64,000 nucleotides of DNA from Neoechinorhynchus agilis (GCA_051530055.1 JBMGUZ010000004.1:1-64000), one strand, 5' to 3'; positions 47,842 through 60,375 are shown, counted from the stretch's first letter. A program made the numbers and translations. The notes: generated by a model not told the origin, from the sequence alone.

Positions 47842-48740
47842 TATTAAAGCGAAGCACTAAGAGTGAGTACTCGAATATGTTTTCAAATCTCGAGTTTTTA
47901 TTTAATTGATAATGTTTTTCAAAGGCGCGTCTAAATTAAAGCGAAGCACTAAGAGTGAGTACACGAATGCGTTTTCAAATCTTTTGTTTTTATTTGATTG
48001 ATAATGTTTCCACAAATCGCGTCCAAATTAAAGCGAAGCACTAAGAGTTAGTACACGAATGCGTTTTAAAATCTCGAGTTTTTATTTAATTGATAATGTT
48101 TTTCAAAAGCGCGTCTAAATTAAAGTGAAGAAATAAGAGTGAGTACCGGAATGCGTTTTCAAATCTCTTGTTTTTATTTGATTGATTATGTTTTCCAAAA
48201 GCGCGTCTAAATTAAAGCGAACAACTAAGAGTGAGAACACGAATGGATTTTCAAATCTCGGGTTTCTATTATATTGATAATGTTTTTCAAAGGCGCGTCT
48301 AAATTAAAGCGAAGCACTAAGAGTGAGTACACGAATGCGTTTTCAAATCTCTTGTTTTTATTTGATTGATTATGTTTTCCAAAAGCGCGCTAAATTAAAG
48401 CGAAGCGCGAAGAGTGAGTATTCGAACGCGTTTTAAAATCTCTTATTTTTATTTGATTGATAATGTTTTCCAAGTGCGCGTCTAAATTAAGGTGAAGATC
48501 TAAAATTGAGTACACGAACGCGTTTTGAATTCTCATATTTTTATTTGATTGGTAATGTTTTCCAAATGCTCGTCTAAATTAAAGTGAAGATCTGAGAGTT
48601 AGCACAATAATGCATTTTGTAATCTCTTATTTTTATTGTATTGATATTGTTTTCCAAAAACGCGTCCAAATTAAAGTCAAGCACTAGGAGGTTGTACACA
48701 AATGCGTTTTCAAATCTCGGTTTTTATTTGGTTGATATGG
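47842..48740 (-). repeat. 80-bp satellite, ~11 units, reverse orientation
   Basis: GCGCGTCTAAATTAAAGCGAAGCACTAAGAGTGAGTACACGAATGCG repeated. Confidence 0.93.
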
Positions 48741-49479
48741 CTCACAATCAGAAGATATTGCATGAGCATGTGTTTAAATTTTTAAATTTTATGACTTTTT
48801 GCAACCAATAAATGGCGGACGAAAGTTTTACTAGCTTAATGGTAAACGCGTTATGGATTGAATGTGTTTTCGATATAAACGGCGGAAAAAATAGAGCAGC
48901 AATAAAACACCGGTGTCGATTTCTGTCTTTCTGTAGGTTATTTGCTCATAATCTGAAGATGTTGCTTAAGCACATGTTCTAATTTTGAAGTAGATAACGT
49001 CATATTTTCGATATAAACCACGAAAAAAATAAAGCAGCAATAATGCACCTAAGCCTATTTCGGTTTGCCACTATGTTATGTTGTCAAAATCAGAATATAT
49101 TGCATGAGAACGTATTCTAATTTTTAAACCGATGACGTCTTGTTTGCGATGTAAAAACCCAAGCACCAATAAAACACTGCAGTAGATTTCTGTTTTCCTG
49201 TATGTTATTTGTAAAGAAACGGAGAGGATCCCAAATGGATTATAGACCGTGGAATCAAAAGCAGGAAGTACCACCCACACAACAACCACAACCAAAAATC
49301 GCCCGCAGAGCCTATATGTTTTGAAAGAGTGGACTTCATCGATGATGAAACAAATCAAATGATATATTCCATTAGAGCACCAGTTTTTTGGCCTGCCCAA
49401 AAAGGAACGGCAATAAAAGAATCATACTCGGTGGAGTTGAAATGAGGTAGTCAATTATAAAATTGAGATATATTATGAA

Positions 49480-50620
49480 CACTTTCCCTTTCTTGAAATA
49501 AAAAATGGAAGTTCTAAGGATGCGAACATATATCATCTCGAAAGTGTCTGCGAACAATAGTGTTCATGGAGGCTTTCGGGCGATTTGCTTAGAACCCAAC
49601 ACATCCATGATCGTGACGAATAGGAACGTACTGAGAGCTGATCCCTGATGCAATCCAACTGTAATCTCAAAACAGTTTGTCTCTCCCAGACTGCATCTGA
49701 CACATGTGCGGGAGCCTTCAAACATGATCATGATTGCTCTTATGTATTCCTCGAACAGTTCTTTTTTCTGAGGCACGTCCATATTAGGTCTCTCGGCACT
49801 GTATCATAGGCTTTCTCAAGGTCCACTAATACATTGTATAGGGGCTTTTGGTTTTTCATTGTATCTCTCGTACAATTGTCTGATTAGAAAGATCAATTCT
49901 GTTGTTCTCCACCCTGGCATAAAACTTCTCTGATGTTTTCCATGCGGATATCTTCTCCCAGTCTACTCTTTAGAAGCCTTTCATATAGTTTCATTGTGTG
50001 ACTCATAAGCTTTATGCCCCTATAGTTACTGCATTGTTCAATATCTTCTTTTCGTAGATCGGAAAGCTTCGGGCATTTTCACGATTTGTGATTACTTCGA
50101 TATAGATTTGTCAACACTTGGATACGAAAATGACAGAACGCTTTCCATATTTCGATCGGGATACCATCCGGTTCAACGCTTTTCCCCATTTTCATGCGTC
50201 CAAGCTCTCTCGCAACTTCATTGTAGGAGAACGGTCGCACTGCATTCGTGCTCAGGAGTTTATCGAAATACTCTCGCCATCTTAGAAGAACCTCGTTTTC
50301 GTTTCACAACGTACTTCCCGACGAATCCTTGATCCTTTTGATACTGGAAATATCCGTTGACTTTTGTCGCGAATTTGTGCGATCTTGAAGATCTTTCCAC
50401 TCCCATTGCCTTTTTCTAGTGCCTCATAGATCTCTCTGTCCGCCTCTCGCTTTGCCATCGCGCATTCCCTTCTCGCTTTTTCTTTTCCTGTTTTAAATCC
50501 TAATGAGATGCAACTGTTCGAGCCTGGTCCCATATCTTCTTAGTTTCTTTTAACCCTTGGGTTCCACCACCACTTCTCTTTACCTGATGGAAGCGGTTTG
50601 CCTGATGCACATTACCAGAC
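49480..50620 (-). mobile_element. RTE-clade (BovB/Expander-like) LINE RT fragment
   Basis: REIYEALEKG..IFKIAQIRD, YRGIKLMSHTMKL, VDLEKAYD, VGLHQGSALS. Confidence 0.85.
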
Positions 50621-51570
50621 GAGAGGAGCTCAACACCCGAAATGGCAAAACCAGAGTCTGCAATCGAGGCTGAACTGATTCTCGAGGAACGCGAGCTTTA
50701 TAATCAAGAAGTAATTGCATACGGAAATCAATACCCTGCCTCTGTCCGATCATCTTCACTGGTAAGTGGTACAAAAGTGCAAAGCCAGGTTTGCTATGTT
50801 CATCATACGCCACAGTCATTATGCCAGTGTGAAGGGACACAATAAAGGCAGACTGTAAAGTCGTGTCATTTTTTTACAGTGGTCGAGGCGTATTTGAGCG
50901 TACTGGTTGTTCTGTACAAGAAAAGCCTCCATCCAAGGTTCACGGGTTTTCTTGAGACGGAGATGCAAATCATCCGTTGACCGGAAGGATCAAGTAATGG
51001 GGATGTGTTAACGCTGCTTCTACGCGATATGCGCAGTATTGTCGGTGCGGCCGTAGTGTTGAAGTATCGGAAATTATCCGGGCGCGACAGCTTGGTTTTA
51101 AAATCATCAAGTTTAGGGAGGGTCCGGTGGAAAAAGATAGCTACGAAAATAAGAGGGGAGGTTCAAGACAAGGAGGATTACTATGCGCAAGTAGCGAAAA
51201 AGCATCTCTGATGCTAACTCACTAAAAGATGCTTTGTCTGGAATAATTAGTGATGTAACGACAAATGAGTACATATCAAACGCATTTACAAGCAGCTACA
51301 CTAAAATTCATACTTCAACTGGTCCTCCCTCGGAGCCCATACACTTCAACCGAGACGTGAAGCAAGGAGATCCACTTGCGCCATTTCTCTTCGCCCTTTG
51401 CATTGACGACGTCCTGATGAACGTTAAAGCAAGTAGAGTAGATTACATTGAGGGCGTCACATATATTCCTGCCATTGTAAACGCTGACGACATACTGTTG
51501 ATTGGAAACGATCAAGAATAGCTCCAGTCTATTATTAACGTCGTCTCAAAGGAACTGAAACACAAAGGCC
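50620..51570 (+). mobile_element. R2 fragments (linker/OTU-like start; RT core)
   Basis: HHTPQSLCQCEG, HPRFTGFLETE, LGFKIIKFREG; KQGDPLAPFLF, NADD. Confidence 0.8.
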
Positions 51571-51574
51571 TAAA

Positions 51575-51722
51575 AGGGATCTTTTTTGATAAGGGAAAAT
51601 TACTGGGGGCAAGCGTGTCCACACAAGTCGCATCCCATAAAAGCGGTTTTCCCCCCCGCCGTGGAAAAACCGTGACACCGTCAGGTCGCTTGCTGTCGAG
51701 TTCCGATTGTCGGGGACCATCG
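51575..51722 (-). mobile_element. Endonuclease fragment of a different RLE clade (CRE/HERO-like)
   Basis: [29 protein letters not shown]. Confidence 0.7.
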
Positions 51723-52270
51723 GCGCCAAAATCACTCAATTTATTAGCGAACAAAACAAAACGACCCTAGAACATGAAATCAGCGATTAGAAACCGACGG
51801 CAATTTACAATGTACAAAAAAACGGCATAATTCTAGTCAGCGTAATTATTTGGCACGCGCGTTTAAATTTGTATCATTATTTTTTAATCGAAAAATTATC
51901 TGTGAAAATTAGCGATATAGTCTGCGTCCCCGAAGTCTGTTTAAATTAATAGCGGTTTAATTCGTTTTTAAATTGTTCTTAATGTTCATTGTGGAATTGA
52001 CGGACAGTTTTGAGTTTCTTCGAATTAAAATTTACAAGCGATTTTTAAAGCTGGTAGCATACAAAAATTCAATCATAGCAAATACAAAAACATTTAAAAT
52101 CAGCGCGTCGGGGATTACTAAATGGACAATACTGTATGTTGCTAGATATCGTATTGACAAAAATTTAGTAGCATTTGTTCAACTAGTAAAAAGTCATAAA
52201 AGTTAAGGATCATTTAATTAATAAACGTCAACAAAATTTGACAACACCAATTAAATCACCGCATCAGAAA
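51722..52270 (+). repeat. Repeat X variant grading into 453-bp-family sequence
   Basis: GCCAAAATCACTCAATT..AGCGAACAAAAC, then AAAATCAGCGCGTC and ATCACCGCATCAGAAATACC. Confidence 0.65.
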
Positions 52271-52289
52271 TACCCCATAGCTATGCTCC

Positions 52290-55137
52290 GCGTTTGTTCG
52301 GCGTCTGGAAGGCAATAACAGTAGAAGAGGTTCGTCAGTCATTAAGGGGAATGAAAGGATCCAGTTCGGCGGGTCCCGATGGAATAAGTTTGCGTAAACT
52401 TGCGTCCTTTGACAAAAATTTAACTCTTACCACTCTTCTCTTCAACCTAGCGCTACAAAATGGAGGTCCTCCTACCCAATGGAGAGAGAGCAAAACTCTC
52501 CTAATACCTAAGACCGGAAAATCCGCCAAGCAACTAAGGATGCTAGAAAATTGAAGGCCCATAACTATTGCATATGGCTTACTAAAGCTTCTCCATCGAA
52601 TAATATTACAGAGACTAACTGCTAGTTGCACCCTGGATGCGGGGCAGACTGCAGGTAGCGAGTCGGCCTGTCTGGTCAACAATATCGACAATGCCGGGCA
52701 AAGCGGGTTGGAGTAGCGATCGCAGTATTAGATGTGTCTAGCGCATTCGATAAGGTAAATCATAGCGCGGTAATGCGCGAGTTGGTCCGTCAGGATGTCC
52801 CCGAGCACCTCAAGAGATACATTAGGAATTCATTTAGAGAAGCGTTCACACGACTGCAGTTCCCTAACGCAAAACAGTCCGAAAGGATTTTCTTTAAGAG
52901 AGGAGTTAAACAAGGAGACCCTTTGTCTCCGTTTTATTTGCAGATGATATTTTAATGTTTAGTAGGTCACCCGCGAGGCTGCATTGCGGAATGTGGGGTT
53001 GGTTTTTAATCCTACCAAATGCTTTTCCTATAGTCACCATTTTAATTGCGGTTCGTTAATTGTCGACGCAAATCCAGTGGTAAGCATTTTGGGAGTCCAA
53101 TTACGCACGGTAGTTGATGGAGACAATATCAATTATTTAGGCGGAAAGCCTTGGACGGCATTCAATCAACAGGAGGTGAGAGATATAGAAAGGGCTTTTA
53201 GCTTGACCAAAGAGGCCGGTTTGTCCCCCACGCAGGCTAATGGCCACCAAGCATTTATAAATGGGTATGTGGATTCTAATCAGCTCTCAATTAGGTATAG
53301 ACAGGATCGGCACAGGCACTTTACGGAGCTGGTCAAGATGCGAGCTGAACTTCTATAGGTTGGTGCCGTTATGGCAAGGATGCCGAGTGAGAGGCGGAAA
53401 ACTTGCCGCCATGCACGTATTGAATGGGTGCGAGTTCTCAACGGACGCAATGGTGAAGCGGCACGACGAAGTGCAGCGATGCTTCATAACATCAATAAAC
53501 TGATCCAACGAGGAAAGAGACACAAGTGCTTCAGGCAAATGTGTTGGTTTCACCGTCGAAAACAATAACCACATATTCGACGACGGTGGAAACCTTCACA
53601 AGCCAGATCTGCTTGTAAAAGATCATAGTAGCGGCCGAATTTACATTATTGATATAGCCGTCTACTATGAGACCTCTTTGGAACGAGCGGCGATTATCGG
53701 GAAGAAGAAGGAAAAAAGTACGAAATAATAAGATCAGCGGTTGCAAAAAAATATAACTGCACAATTAGCAGCGTAAAAACGGTAGGTTTACCCGTTGGAT
53801 CCAGAGGTACTTATTCCCCTTTCCTTTTAAATCGATTATCAATTTTCAAATTAACAAGAGATGCCGCAATCAAGATGGCTAATGCAGCGGCAAGAGAAAA
53901 GATACCAAACAAGCGGGCTTGAGTCCTACACAAGCAGCGCATATGATTAATGACTATGGACTCCCGCGCCTTGTATTTCGGCTACAAGCTGCTCACGGCA
54001 TTTTGTCAACTTCCCTAGACAAGTGTGAACAGCACTGGAGTACAAAACAGAAGTTGTTATTTCTCCCCCACTTTTTAAATGATGGGGTAATGTTATTGCC
54101 ATTAAACAAAGGAGGACTTGGGTTCTCGTCAATTAAGCATTCCGTGATGAGTTCAAGAATGAAGAGTTACACTGCAGCAAATTCACACTATCGTGATTTG
54201 GACGAAGACCAGCGTGTTTACAAAAATCTCGAGGAATATGTTATCAGCATCGCTGGATAACCGTCCGACTTCTCAGTCGAGAACATGAGGAATATTTATA
54301 CAATATACCTCGAGAAAAAGTGGAAGACGCAACTACTTAATCGCTGGGAGTAAGCGCAATCACGGGGGACATTTCAATCATTCGGCGCGAACTTTCCGAT
54401 ACCGTCAAGAAAACTACTACAATTATACAATGTGAGTAAAAATGCGGTATCAACTGCTGGAGGTTGCATCAAATCTCTCCAGGATGGGCCAAGCCCGAAG
54501 CACTGAAGACACTGGATGGCACCAGCACAGACGCAACTTCATGTACTAAATCTCTGCCCGAAAAACACAACTAAAATGGTAAAGCACCACGATGAGGTCC
54601 AAGGACGCTTTACATGGGATCTACAGAAGCGATGGGGCTCTCGGTGGGAGATTGATACCGAGAACCGTATTATCGGTTTGAAGTTCCAATTGAGAATTGT
54701 ACCCACAATCCAGGAGGGCAGGTGTAAAAACCGGATGCAATATTAGTCGATTAAAACGGCAAGCGATCATAGTTGACTTTGCCGTCTATTACGAAAATAC
54801 AAATGAGCGCACAGAGGAAATTATGACTGCGATGAGGTAGCCATATAGCTGGATTTTCCTAATGAAAGCGTTTCGACAATGGGGCTCGCTATTGGCTCAT
54901 TGATCAAGCGGCTAAAAAAAATTCAATTTGTCAATTAAAACCGAAGTTCGGCAGAGAGGAGCTTAAAGACGTTCCACCTATTAATGACACGAAGCAGAAG
55001 AATCAATAATCTTTAAATAACAATGCATGGAACACAATTCAAATAAATGAAGAATCGGCTATGAAGAAATATGGAAAAAATTGATCAAAAGTATTAAACC
55101 CGTGTGAAAGAAAATATCTCCAAAATAAATGCATGCC
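52290..55137 (+). mobile_element. Mosaic of at least three deleted R2 copies ending at a 28S junction
   Basis: SAGPDGIS, SSAFDKVNH, GVKQGDPLSP, KRHDEV, PTQAAHMINDYG, HVLNLC; TAGCC at 55138. Confidence 0.88.
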
Positions 55138-55168
<31 letters not shown>

Positions 55169-55225
55169 ATTTTGAATCGAAAAAACTTACAAACACGCGG
55201 GTAAATGGTGGACGTAACTATGACT
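55138..55225 (+). rRNA. 28S rRNA: Permuted 28S micro-linker: 31 nt downstream target, 25-nt spacer, 32 nt upstream target
   Basis: TAGCC..AGTGAC(55168) ... CACGCGGGTAAATGGTGGACGTAACTATGACT(55225). Confidence 0.85.
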
Positions 55226-55486
55226 TTCCTAATTTCCGACAAAGATTCCCTAGGACCCAAAGAAACTATCGAAACTAAAGAAAGCTCATCAGTTTACCCC
55301 CATCCGCCGGGTACGAAGCGCTTCCGCGCTTAAGATGGCGATCTTCCAAACAATCAACCAACTGTTTCAACTGCATCAACTGCTGATTCGACTTATTTTT
55401 TCACCCAAGAGACAAAAAAGTCGAGAGTTAACTCCACATCGACCGGAAGCGAAGCGCATTTTTCAGATGGCGCTTTTCCCGATGAT

Positions 55487-56842
55487 ATGGAAGCCGAAAA
55501 GCGTTTGAGTGCGACAATAGCAACAACATCATCACATATTTCAACTTCTGATCGCCCAAACAAATCCAATGAACTCACAGACGAACTCGCAACGGTTCAG
55601 CGTACCGAATCTCACAACACCAATGTTAATGCCGTTCCGAAAGTAGATATGGCAGTATTCGAAAAGGTGTTTTCTCAAATCAAGCAAAAGTTCAAATTGA
55701 CTAGAAGATTAGCCAGACCACTTCACTTCAACGATATCTATAAAGTGGAATCTATAAGGTCAAATTTGCCGTGGTCCCATAGTCCAGGACTACCATTCAC
55801 ACAACGAGGATGTAAAACTAAGGAAGAGGCCTACCTAAAGTATGGGGCTCAATTGAGATCCAAATTACATACTTTTAAAAAGTGGGCTCACTCAAGAATC
55901 AATCTATCGCCAACAGCTGTTACGATTAGAAACCATCTGATCCCAGCTCTTGCCACTGATAAGACACGTGGTGTCTATGCCTATGCATACGATATGTGGC
56001 ACATCGAGACAATTCTATACTATGACCTCATCCAGCAGTATAAGAAGAAATTCAAACTTCCGAAGGGCGACTGTTTCTATGGTATAGATATCCCACCTCC
56101 TGCAGGAGGAATGAATCAGTTACTTGACAGCCTTAAAAACTTCCATTTTGATAAACGATGGATGTGCGATTTCTCGGAATTTGATAAGTCTCTGGCGAAT
56201 TTCTGGATTGACGCAGCTTTCAGAATTATAAATTCTAACATTGATCCTAGTCATTACTTGACACACGGAACGCCGAATGTACAATCCATCACAAAGATGA
56301 TGAGACTGGTGAAGGATTACTTCATCAACACTCCGCTAGTCCTATCTAACGGACGAATCTATCACAAAGCGAATGGCGTGCCTTCCGGATCGTTACTCAC
56401 TAATTTAGTTGACACGATCGCCAATGCTTTAATTATTAATTACGTGATAGTTAAGAACTTTCCAGAATATGAAGCCCCATTATATGGTCAATCATTTATG
56501 GGTGATGACAGTGTAGTTAGTTTCTATCATGCTGACCCGGTAACTAATCGCAAAGTTACTGTTGAAGAACTAGCTGACATGTTCTGGGAATGTGGACTCA
56601 TCCTCAATACATCAAAATTCGTAATATCGGACGTCGAAATTGAATACTTGGGTTACAAGTTGAAGGCACATTTCCGACGATGCAAAGCAATCAAACTTGA
56701 AAAATTCAGAAACTTCGTTTTGAGTTCTTCGAATCCTCATGCCAATGTCAATCCGGCACCATCCGCAATCATTCTATATAAAGCAGGAGAAGACGATCCG
56801 GCTGCTTGTCCGGCATGCGAACTTTCACTCGTTGGAAAATGA
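55487..56842 (+). CDS. Chimeric ORF: R2 N-terminus + partitivirus-like RdRp + R2 zinc finger, 451 aa
   Basis: SPGLPF, KTRGVYAY, motif A CDFSEFD, motif B GVPSGSLLTNLVDTIAN, motif C GDD, EYLGY, then LKAHFRRC..CPAC homologous to R2 copy 1. Confidence 0.9.
   Translation: MEAEKRLSATIATTSSHISTSDRPNKSNELTDELATVQRTESHNTNVNAVPKVDMAVFEKVFSQIKQKFKLTRRLARPLHFNDIYKVESIRSNLPWSHSPGLPFTQRGCKTKEEAYLKYGAQLRSKLHTFKKWAHSRINLSPTAVTIRNHLIPALATDKTRGVYAYAYDMWHIETILYYDLIQQYKKKFKLPKGDCFYGIDIPPPAGGMNQLLDSLKNFHFDKRWMCDFSEFDKSLANFWIDAAFRIINSNIDPSHYLTHGTPNVQSITKMMRLVKDYFINTPLVLSNGRIYHKANGVPSGSLLTNLVDTIANALIINYVIVKNFPEYEAPLYGQSFMGDDSVVSFYHADPVTNRKVTVEELADMFWECGLILNTSKFVISDVEIEYLGYKLKAHFRRCKAIKLEKFRNFVLSSSNPHANVNPAPSAIILYKAGEDDPAACPACELSLVGK
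55640..56659 (+). other. Endogenous viral element: dsRNA partiti-like RdRp, thumb truncated
   Basis: Motif order and wording typical of Partitiviridae/Durnavirales RdRps; ~340 codons without a stop. Confidence 0.85.
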
Positions 56843-58296
56843 CGTTATAACTCTCTTGTTAGCCATTTGGAGAACGTCCACAAATCAAATTCGATCACCT
56901 TTCAATGCCCAGCGTGCGATGTTCAATATGATACACTTCCATCTATTCGTTCTCATGTTACACACTGCCAGTCCGTTTCCAAAGACAAGGACTTAAAATC
57001 TTCATGCAAACCAGAGCAGTCAGAAAACTGCATCAATTCAAACCGCTATAGCTCAGGAGCGTTTAACATAATTTCTCTGAAACGATTGTCAGGGCTACCG
57101 GATGAAGGAAATAACCTATTACAACACTCACCTAAGAAGACACGCCGAACGGACGACGATTCGAATGATTGTGTTCTGCGGGAAGTGACTGTTACTATAG
57201 AAAGCAGTGGCGATTCGTGTACTATATTCCCTTATCTTTCTCATAATCCTGTTTACATTGACGCTCAATGCAATAACGGTCAATCAAACTTTCAAATCAC
57301 AAAGAACTGCCTCGAACTCCATTACTACCTAAACAATGATACCTACCTCAACTCAATCATCTAGCTCAAGAATTTGTAAATCGAGCGATCGTGTAAACCT
57401 GCATCAGGTGCCTACACCCCATATTGGGTCATGTGCGTTTACAGCACAGGAGGGACATGAATTTATTCTCAATTATCTTCAACGACCGAATATTCATCCA
57501 GACTACCGTCTTTTTCTAAGCAATGAATGTGCCGTTCTAGGCAATCAAGCCGGTCTAATTAATCAGGAATTTATAGATTCAATGAGTGAGCGATATCAAC
57601 TGTACTTAAAATGCGGGCGACAAGGGTCTCGCGAATGCCCAGCAATGTCCCGCGCGCGCAGTCTTGGCCTCAAAATTGTTAAGTTGAAGAAAAATTCAAC
57701 AATGGCACTGGCGATCGCCGCCTCCAAAAGCGATTCACATGGGCTCCATACAAGAGGTGGGGTTCTCGGTTTGAAGTTCCAATTGAGAATTGTACCCACG
57801 ATCCAGGAGGGCAGGTGTAAAAACCGGATGCAATATTAGTCGATTAAAACGACAAGAAGCGATCATAGTTGACTTTGTCGTCTACTACGAAAATACAAAT
57901 GAACGCACAGAGGAAATTATGACTGCGAAAGAGGATAAATATAACGCAAATAAAGATGAGGTAGCCATACAGCTGGATTTTCCTAATGAAAGCGTTTCGA
58001 CAATGGGACTCGCTGTTGGCTCAAGAGGTAGTTATTCAAATGGATTGATCAAGCGGCTAAAAAAATCCAATTTGTCAATTAAAACCGCTTTGAATTTGGA
58101 TACAATTCGGCAGAGAAAAACTTAAAGACGTTCCACCTTTTCATGACACGAAGCAGAAGAATCAATGATCTTTAAATAACAATGCATGGAACACAATTCA
58201 AATAAATGAAGAATCAGCTATGAAGAAATATGGAAAAAATTGATCAAAAGCATTAAACCCGTGTGAAAGAACATATCGCCAAAATAAATGCATGCC

Positions 58297-58327
58297 TAGC
58301 CAAATGCCTCGTCATGCAATTAGTGAC
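58297..58327 (+). rRNA. 28S rRNA: 31-nt 28S remnant (R2 downstream target)
   Basis: TAGCCAAATGCCTCGTCATGCAATTAGTGAC. Confidence 0.85.
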
Positions 58328-59650
58328 GTTTTGAATAATACGCCACAGTCAAAACGCAGGTGTGAAGGGCATCTGCGTATGAGATCGTGGTGGATGAGCT
58401 AATCAACAATAATCTCCATCCAAGATACAAGGTTTCTTGAGATTTAGAGAGATATTCTCCGCCGATCGGAAGCCTCCATTAATAGTGGAAAATACGTTTC
58501 CAATTATTTTCAAAAAATTACTCACGTTCATTGAGGGTCCAAGATGCCATTACGGGCTCGCATTGCAAAGGTTAAAACAAACCATCAGCGCCAAAACCGC
58601 TCAATTCATCAGCGAACAAAACAGAACGATGCGCGGAATGTACAAGCAGCGATAGGAAACAGACGGCGATTTGCAATGTACAAAAAACGGAAGAAATATA
58701 GTCCGTTAAATTATTTGGCGCACGTTTAAACTTTTATAATCATTTTTAATCGAAAAATAAAAAACAACATTTCTTTGAACTTTTCTCTCACTTGGGAGGC
58801 CGTTCGTTTCAGCAATGTTGGTTTTCGTCTTTGTTCTTCTTTCCGAGCGTCCTGAGAAAAATAAATTGTAAAAAGAAACCATGTAGTCTGCTTTCTCGAA
58901 GTGTTTTCAAATTAAGAACGGTTTTATTCGTCTCTTAAAGTGTTTTTTAATGTTCATTATTGAATTGACGGACAGTTTTAAGTTTCTTCAAATGAAAATT
59001 TACAATCGATTTTTAAAGCTGGTAGCATAAAAAATTCAATCAGATGGATTAGTTGGTTCTGTAATTAGAAACGGTAAAAACCACTGCGCTTTAAAAAAGA
59101 ATGCAGCATCAAAAAATTTGCAACCTAACTTATCTGCGGAGAATGACAAACGGCCACCTTATCTTTTAAAAGTTCACTTAATCTCATAGAAAAGATCCTA
59201 GTAAGGGCTAGGCATAGCATAAAAGCAATGACGCGAGTGAGTGTTTGTAAAGTTTATCAGTCAAACTCTCTCGGAACAGGAAGGGAAGCTAACGACAGTG
59301 GTTGTTGATTAAAACGTTCAATGTTTAAATGCATTGAACATTCAGTAGCGCTGGGTATAAACTTGACGATCGCGTAATTGAACGATAGAAAAGTATCCGC
59401 TAAAAAATTATGAGTAGATTTGTTGGTGATGTAGCGTAAAATGAGCGGCATCATTGAACGTTGTCCCGTCTTGCTTGGTGGATCCATGGCATGAAAAACT
59501 TGCAATAAAATTACAAAAGTTTACATAACAAAAGATTAGTTAACGAACTAACCGGCACACTTCTTAGGATCATTAAGAGTATTGGTTCCCATCCAATTGC
59601 CTGCACACCGTAACGCGGAGAAGACAAAAAAATTAAATAACGGAAACAAT
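58328..59650 (+). repeat. R2-headed repeat X plus extension Y
   Basis: Near-identical to the reverse complement of 29290-29668 and to 21240-22400. Confidence 0.85.
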
Positions 59651-59759
59651 GACCAAGTTCAATGAAAACCTTGCGAAATATTTTAAATAAACCATGAGTA
59701 ACGACAACACCGGGGACGGGATCCGCCAACGTACAATTTCTTGAATTATTCGTCTTTCC

Positions 59760-60150
59760 TATTGTGGACAAAAAAGCGTGATTTTTGATATCAAAATATA
59801 AATTAATTTATAATTAAATAACTTTTTCTTGATAAACTTTTAACGCGGATTTCACCTGCATATACCGGTTTTCGTTGCTATGCCCATCTTTGTCAGGTCT
59901 ATAAAAGACACGACAAATTAATAATAGGAGCGATTGAGCGAGTAAGGATTTGTAACCTTTTTTGGGTATTTCTGTTGCGGTAATTTCATTGATGTTATTC
60001 AATTTTTTTGACGTTATCAAATTTGATAATCTTTCACGTTTATGACTATTTCGGTTGTTTTTTGGCGTAGAAATAAAGATGATTTTGTTTCTTAATTTTT
60101 TTAAATCCGATATTTTGACACAATCTAGTGCCATTGTCAAGGTCTAAAAA
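59760..60150 (-). repeat. Diverged 453-bp-family unit
   Basis: Matches 24130-24420 (TTTTTGGGTATTTCTG..GCGGT). Confidence 0.65.
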
Positions 60151-60159
60151 TTACGTCGG

Positions 60160-60375
60160 AAATTGATCAATATTCACTGTCCTAAGATTGAGCCTAAAGT
60201 CCGCCTTATTCGCTTCGACCGTTTTCACTAGGCGGATGAATAGAGCCTCCAAATTAGACGATCCCATTTTGTTTCACTGCGTGCCCAAATGGTGGCGTTG
60301 TCAATGTTCATGACGTGGCCTTGTTGTGCGAAATGATTGAGCATTGCGGAACTGGCATCGGTACCTACTTCCGAT
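60160..60375 (-). pseudogene. Penelope-like GIY-YIG endonuclease C-terminal fragment
   Basis: Hand translation SSAMLNHFAQQGHVMNIDNATIWARSETKWDRL-(fs)-EALFI. Confidence 0.6.

Larger units (their letters stand above)
55226..58296 (+). mobile_element. R2 copy 3 carrying a viral RdRp insert; RT deleted
   Basis: Both 28S junctions; ZF region 56660-56990, linker/OTU start 57420-57730, RLE and 3' UTR 57750-58296. Confidence 0.9.

Noticed and set aside
48740-49420. Degenerate internal duplications (TTTCGATATAAAC..GCAGCAATAA)
   Set aside because: The period and boundaries could not be defined well enough to call a feature.
55640-56659. Free RNA-virus contaminant or RT misread as RdRp
   Set aside because: It is contiguous and in frame with R2 DNA on both sides, and the motifs are DxSxFD/SG..T/GDD rather than YxDD. 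Read-level confirmation is still needed.
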